Source: Candidatus Obscuribacterales bacterium (GTDB taxonomy: Bacteria; Cyanobacteriota; Vampirovibrionia; Obscuribacterales; Obscuribacteraceae). From it: a stretch of DNA of 64,000 nt. Where the stretch lies: contig CBDDIJ010000003.1 in assembly GCA_965228855.1 (NCBI GenBank), forward strand, positions 2,208,001 through 2,272,000. Reading direction: 5' to 3'. The notes under the pieces are model-generated. The model was given only the letters and a program-made list of their open reading frames with translations, made no database searches and was not told where the DNA came from. Position numbers and translations under genes: made by a program. Within the stretch, counting starts at the first letter, position 1; every line of letters begins with the position of its first letter. Positions 25,801 through 28,800 of this stretch are shown here, one piece after another.

Positions 25801-28800
25801 CCCTCGAAGTCGACTTCGGAACAGGTCCGGTCACACTGGCGACAAACGTGAATTCGCTTACGTCCTTCAGTGGTGGCGGTTCACTCACGATCAATGAATC
25901 GAACGGTATCAACGTTGGCGTAGTCGACGTCGATAACCTCACGGTCAACGCGGGCTTGGCCGGAGCTGGAACTCTCGTCGTGAATGCTTCACTTAGCTTG
26001 AGTGGCGCTCTGGTTCTCGATAATAGCAACGGCTCGATCGATCTCTCGACCGCCATCAGCGCCACCTCAATTACGCTTGATGCGTCGGCGACAATCAATC
26101 AGTCAGCGGGCTTACTGTCTGCTACCGACTTGAGTGTTGCCTTCGGAGACGACACTACTGTCGAACTCGATACCAACGTCGCGTTCCTGACGACTGCTAA
26201 CTCCCTTGGCGGAACTCTCACACTCAATGAAAACAACGACATTGCGCTGAAGAGTCAAAACATCACCGATCTGAACATCAATGCGGGCGTGGTCTCGGCT
26301 GGTGGCATCACCTTCTTCTCTCCAGTCACTGTAGCTGGAGCGATGACGCTGACCAGCAATCAAGGCTCAATCAACTTCAACAACAATGTCTCGGCAGGTT
26401 CGGTCAACGCAACAGTGGTGAATGGAGCAGATCTATTCATCGGCGCTACCGTGTCAGCAACGACTGTCACACTCACCACCAACGGCGGTGACATTCTCGA
26501 AGTATCTTCCGGCAACGTTACAGCCACCACCCTGAATCTGACCTTGAACGGTGGCACGCCTGGCAGCGCAGACTTGAGCACCAATGCAAATGCTGTCGGC
26601 ACGCTCAATAGCGCAGGCGGCGGAATCGTTTCCCTCAATAACGGAAACACTGCTCTCAACCTTGGAACGCTCGGAGCCGGTCAATCACTGACCGCAAGTT
26701 CTACGGTCTCGATGACCACTACAGCTGATCTCACAACCACCGGTGATGTCACTCTCACTACGGCCTCGCTCGTAAACGGTTTCGACCTTGCAGCAAACTC
26801 CATTACTGTTGCAAGTCAGACTGGTAGCGGACTGTCGGTTAATGGACTGACCGGCGGAACATTCAATGCCACGGGAAGCGGTGAAGTTGTGAGCATGACT
26901 GCTACCAACGGTTCCCTCGATCTGTTCGGTACGATGACATTCATCAGCGAAACCGACATGTACGCTGACGACATCGAGTTCCACGTCAACACTGGAGCAA
27001 ACGTAACCGGTCAGCAAAGATTGACTGTTCATGCCTGCGACGTGAACTTGCAGGGAGCGATCGTCGCCAACCCGCTTATCTTCGATTGCCAGTTCAGCGA
27101 ACTGACAATCGGCAATGGTGCGGGCGACGTCGTCCTTACCGGCGACATTCAAGCTCTCAGCCGCTCGGTCGCGATCATCGCATCAGGTAGCATCATAGGC
27201 AGTGGTATCACCTCCATCGACCTGTCCAATCCGGGCGGACCAGCTGGAACCCTGACCATGGTCGCCGGCTTCGACTTCACACCAGCGGATACTCCGCAAT
27301 TCGAAGATTCGACCACATCTTTCACAGGCTTCACCGCTAATGCCACTGGCGGAAACATCGACCTCGGCAACGTAACCATCAATGTGTCCAGTGGAACTGA
27401 CACCGCAGGCAGCGTCACAGCGGTCGCCAATGGCGGCACGACAAATGCTGGCACGATTACCGTCGGCGCAATCAATGCCAACGGTGCAGATGCTGCGGGA
27501 ACCGTCCTACTGGTCGGTGAAAGCGGTGTCACCGCTGGCACGATCACAGCCACCGGCGGATCGGCTGGAACGGTTTCACTCCTGGCGGCTCAACCGACAA
27601 CAAGCGGCGTGCCGACGATTTTGAATGGTGTGCTCTCGGGTGGTAACTTCCAAGCGGGTGCTATCACATCCGGCGATATCACCACCGGTGCTATCACCGC
27701 GACAAATGTCACGCTCCAAACAGAAGGTGCGAGCAGCACCATCACTCTTAATGGTGCACTGACCTCATCCAACTTGAACATCCTGGCTGGCGCAGGAACT
27801 ATCGACATCACGAGCAGCGGGTCGAATACCATCGCCGCTCTAGCCGATGGCTCCGGAAACGGCGGGACGCTCAACGTGAGTTCCTCCGACATAATCGGCG
27901 GCGCTGGCGCGATTAACCTGACCGCGACTGGTTCTATCGGCAACGGCGGTTCAATCTTCTTCGAGCATAACGGCAACGCTGCTATGACCGTAGGCTCCGA
28001 ATACACCTTCGACGCTAGCGGCGCCCTCAACGGTGGCTTCGTCAACCTGCGTTCGCTGGATGCGGACATCATAGTCAATGGTGGATTGACCGCTGCCGGC
28101 ACCAACGGCGATGGCGCAAGATACGTACTTCAAGCAGGGGTTCCAGTCAGACTGGTACTGAATGACACGTCCTTCCTCAGCGAAGCAAATGCGACGGGGG
28201 CGAACGGCAATGGTGGAACTCTCAGCCTGACAGGCGGCACCATCGTCGCGGCGAGTTCCGCAGCGCAGCCGCTGTTACTCAGCGCCAATGGTAATGGCAC
28301 CGGTAATGGTGGCTCAGTGTTCTACACGTCGAGCGACGTCACCCAGACATTCGTCGGAACTCCTGCAAAGGCACCGAAAGGCGCTGCAATCTTCCTCGAA
28401 CTCAGCGCCACGAGCGGCACCGCAGGTGGTGACGGTGGTATCGCAAGCGTGGAAGTCGGCGGCAACCTGACGGTCGATCCGAGCGCAATCAATGCCGGAC
28501 CGCTTGCAACAACTGGAGACCACAATGGTGGTTCCTATCAATTGAGCGCAGGAACTAACGCCCCCAAAGGTGCTTACCTGGTTGTAAACGGAAGTCTTGA
28601 CGCCAGCGGCGTCGGCAACGGTGGCGGCGGATCAATCGACCTGAGAACCAACAACAAGAAGGCCTTCATCGTCGGCTCGACCAAGAATCTAAAGAACGGC
28701 GTCAAAGGAACTCTAACCGCTAATGGAAACGGCGGCACTGTGGTTCTTCGCAACGCTGGCGGCGGTCTGACCGTGTCGACCTCCAATGCGCTCGTCGGCG

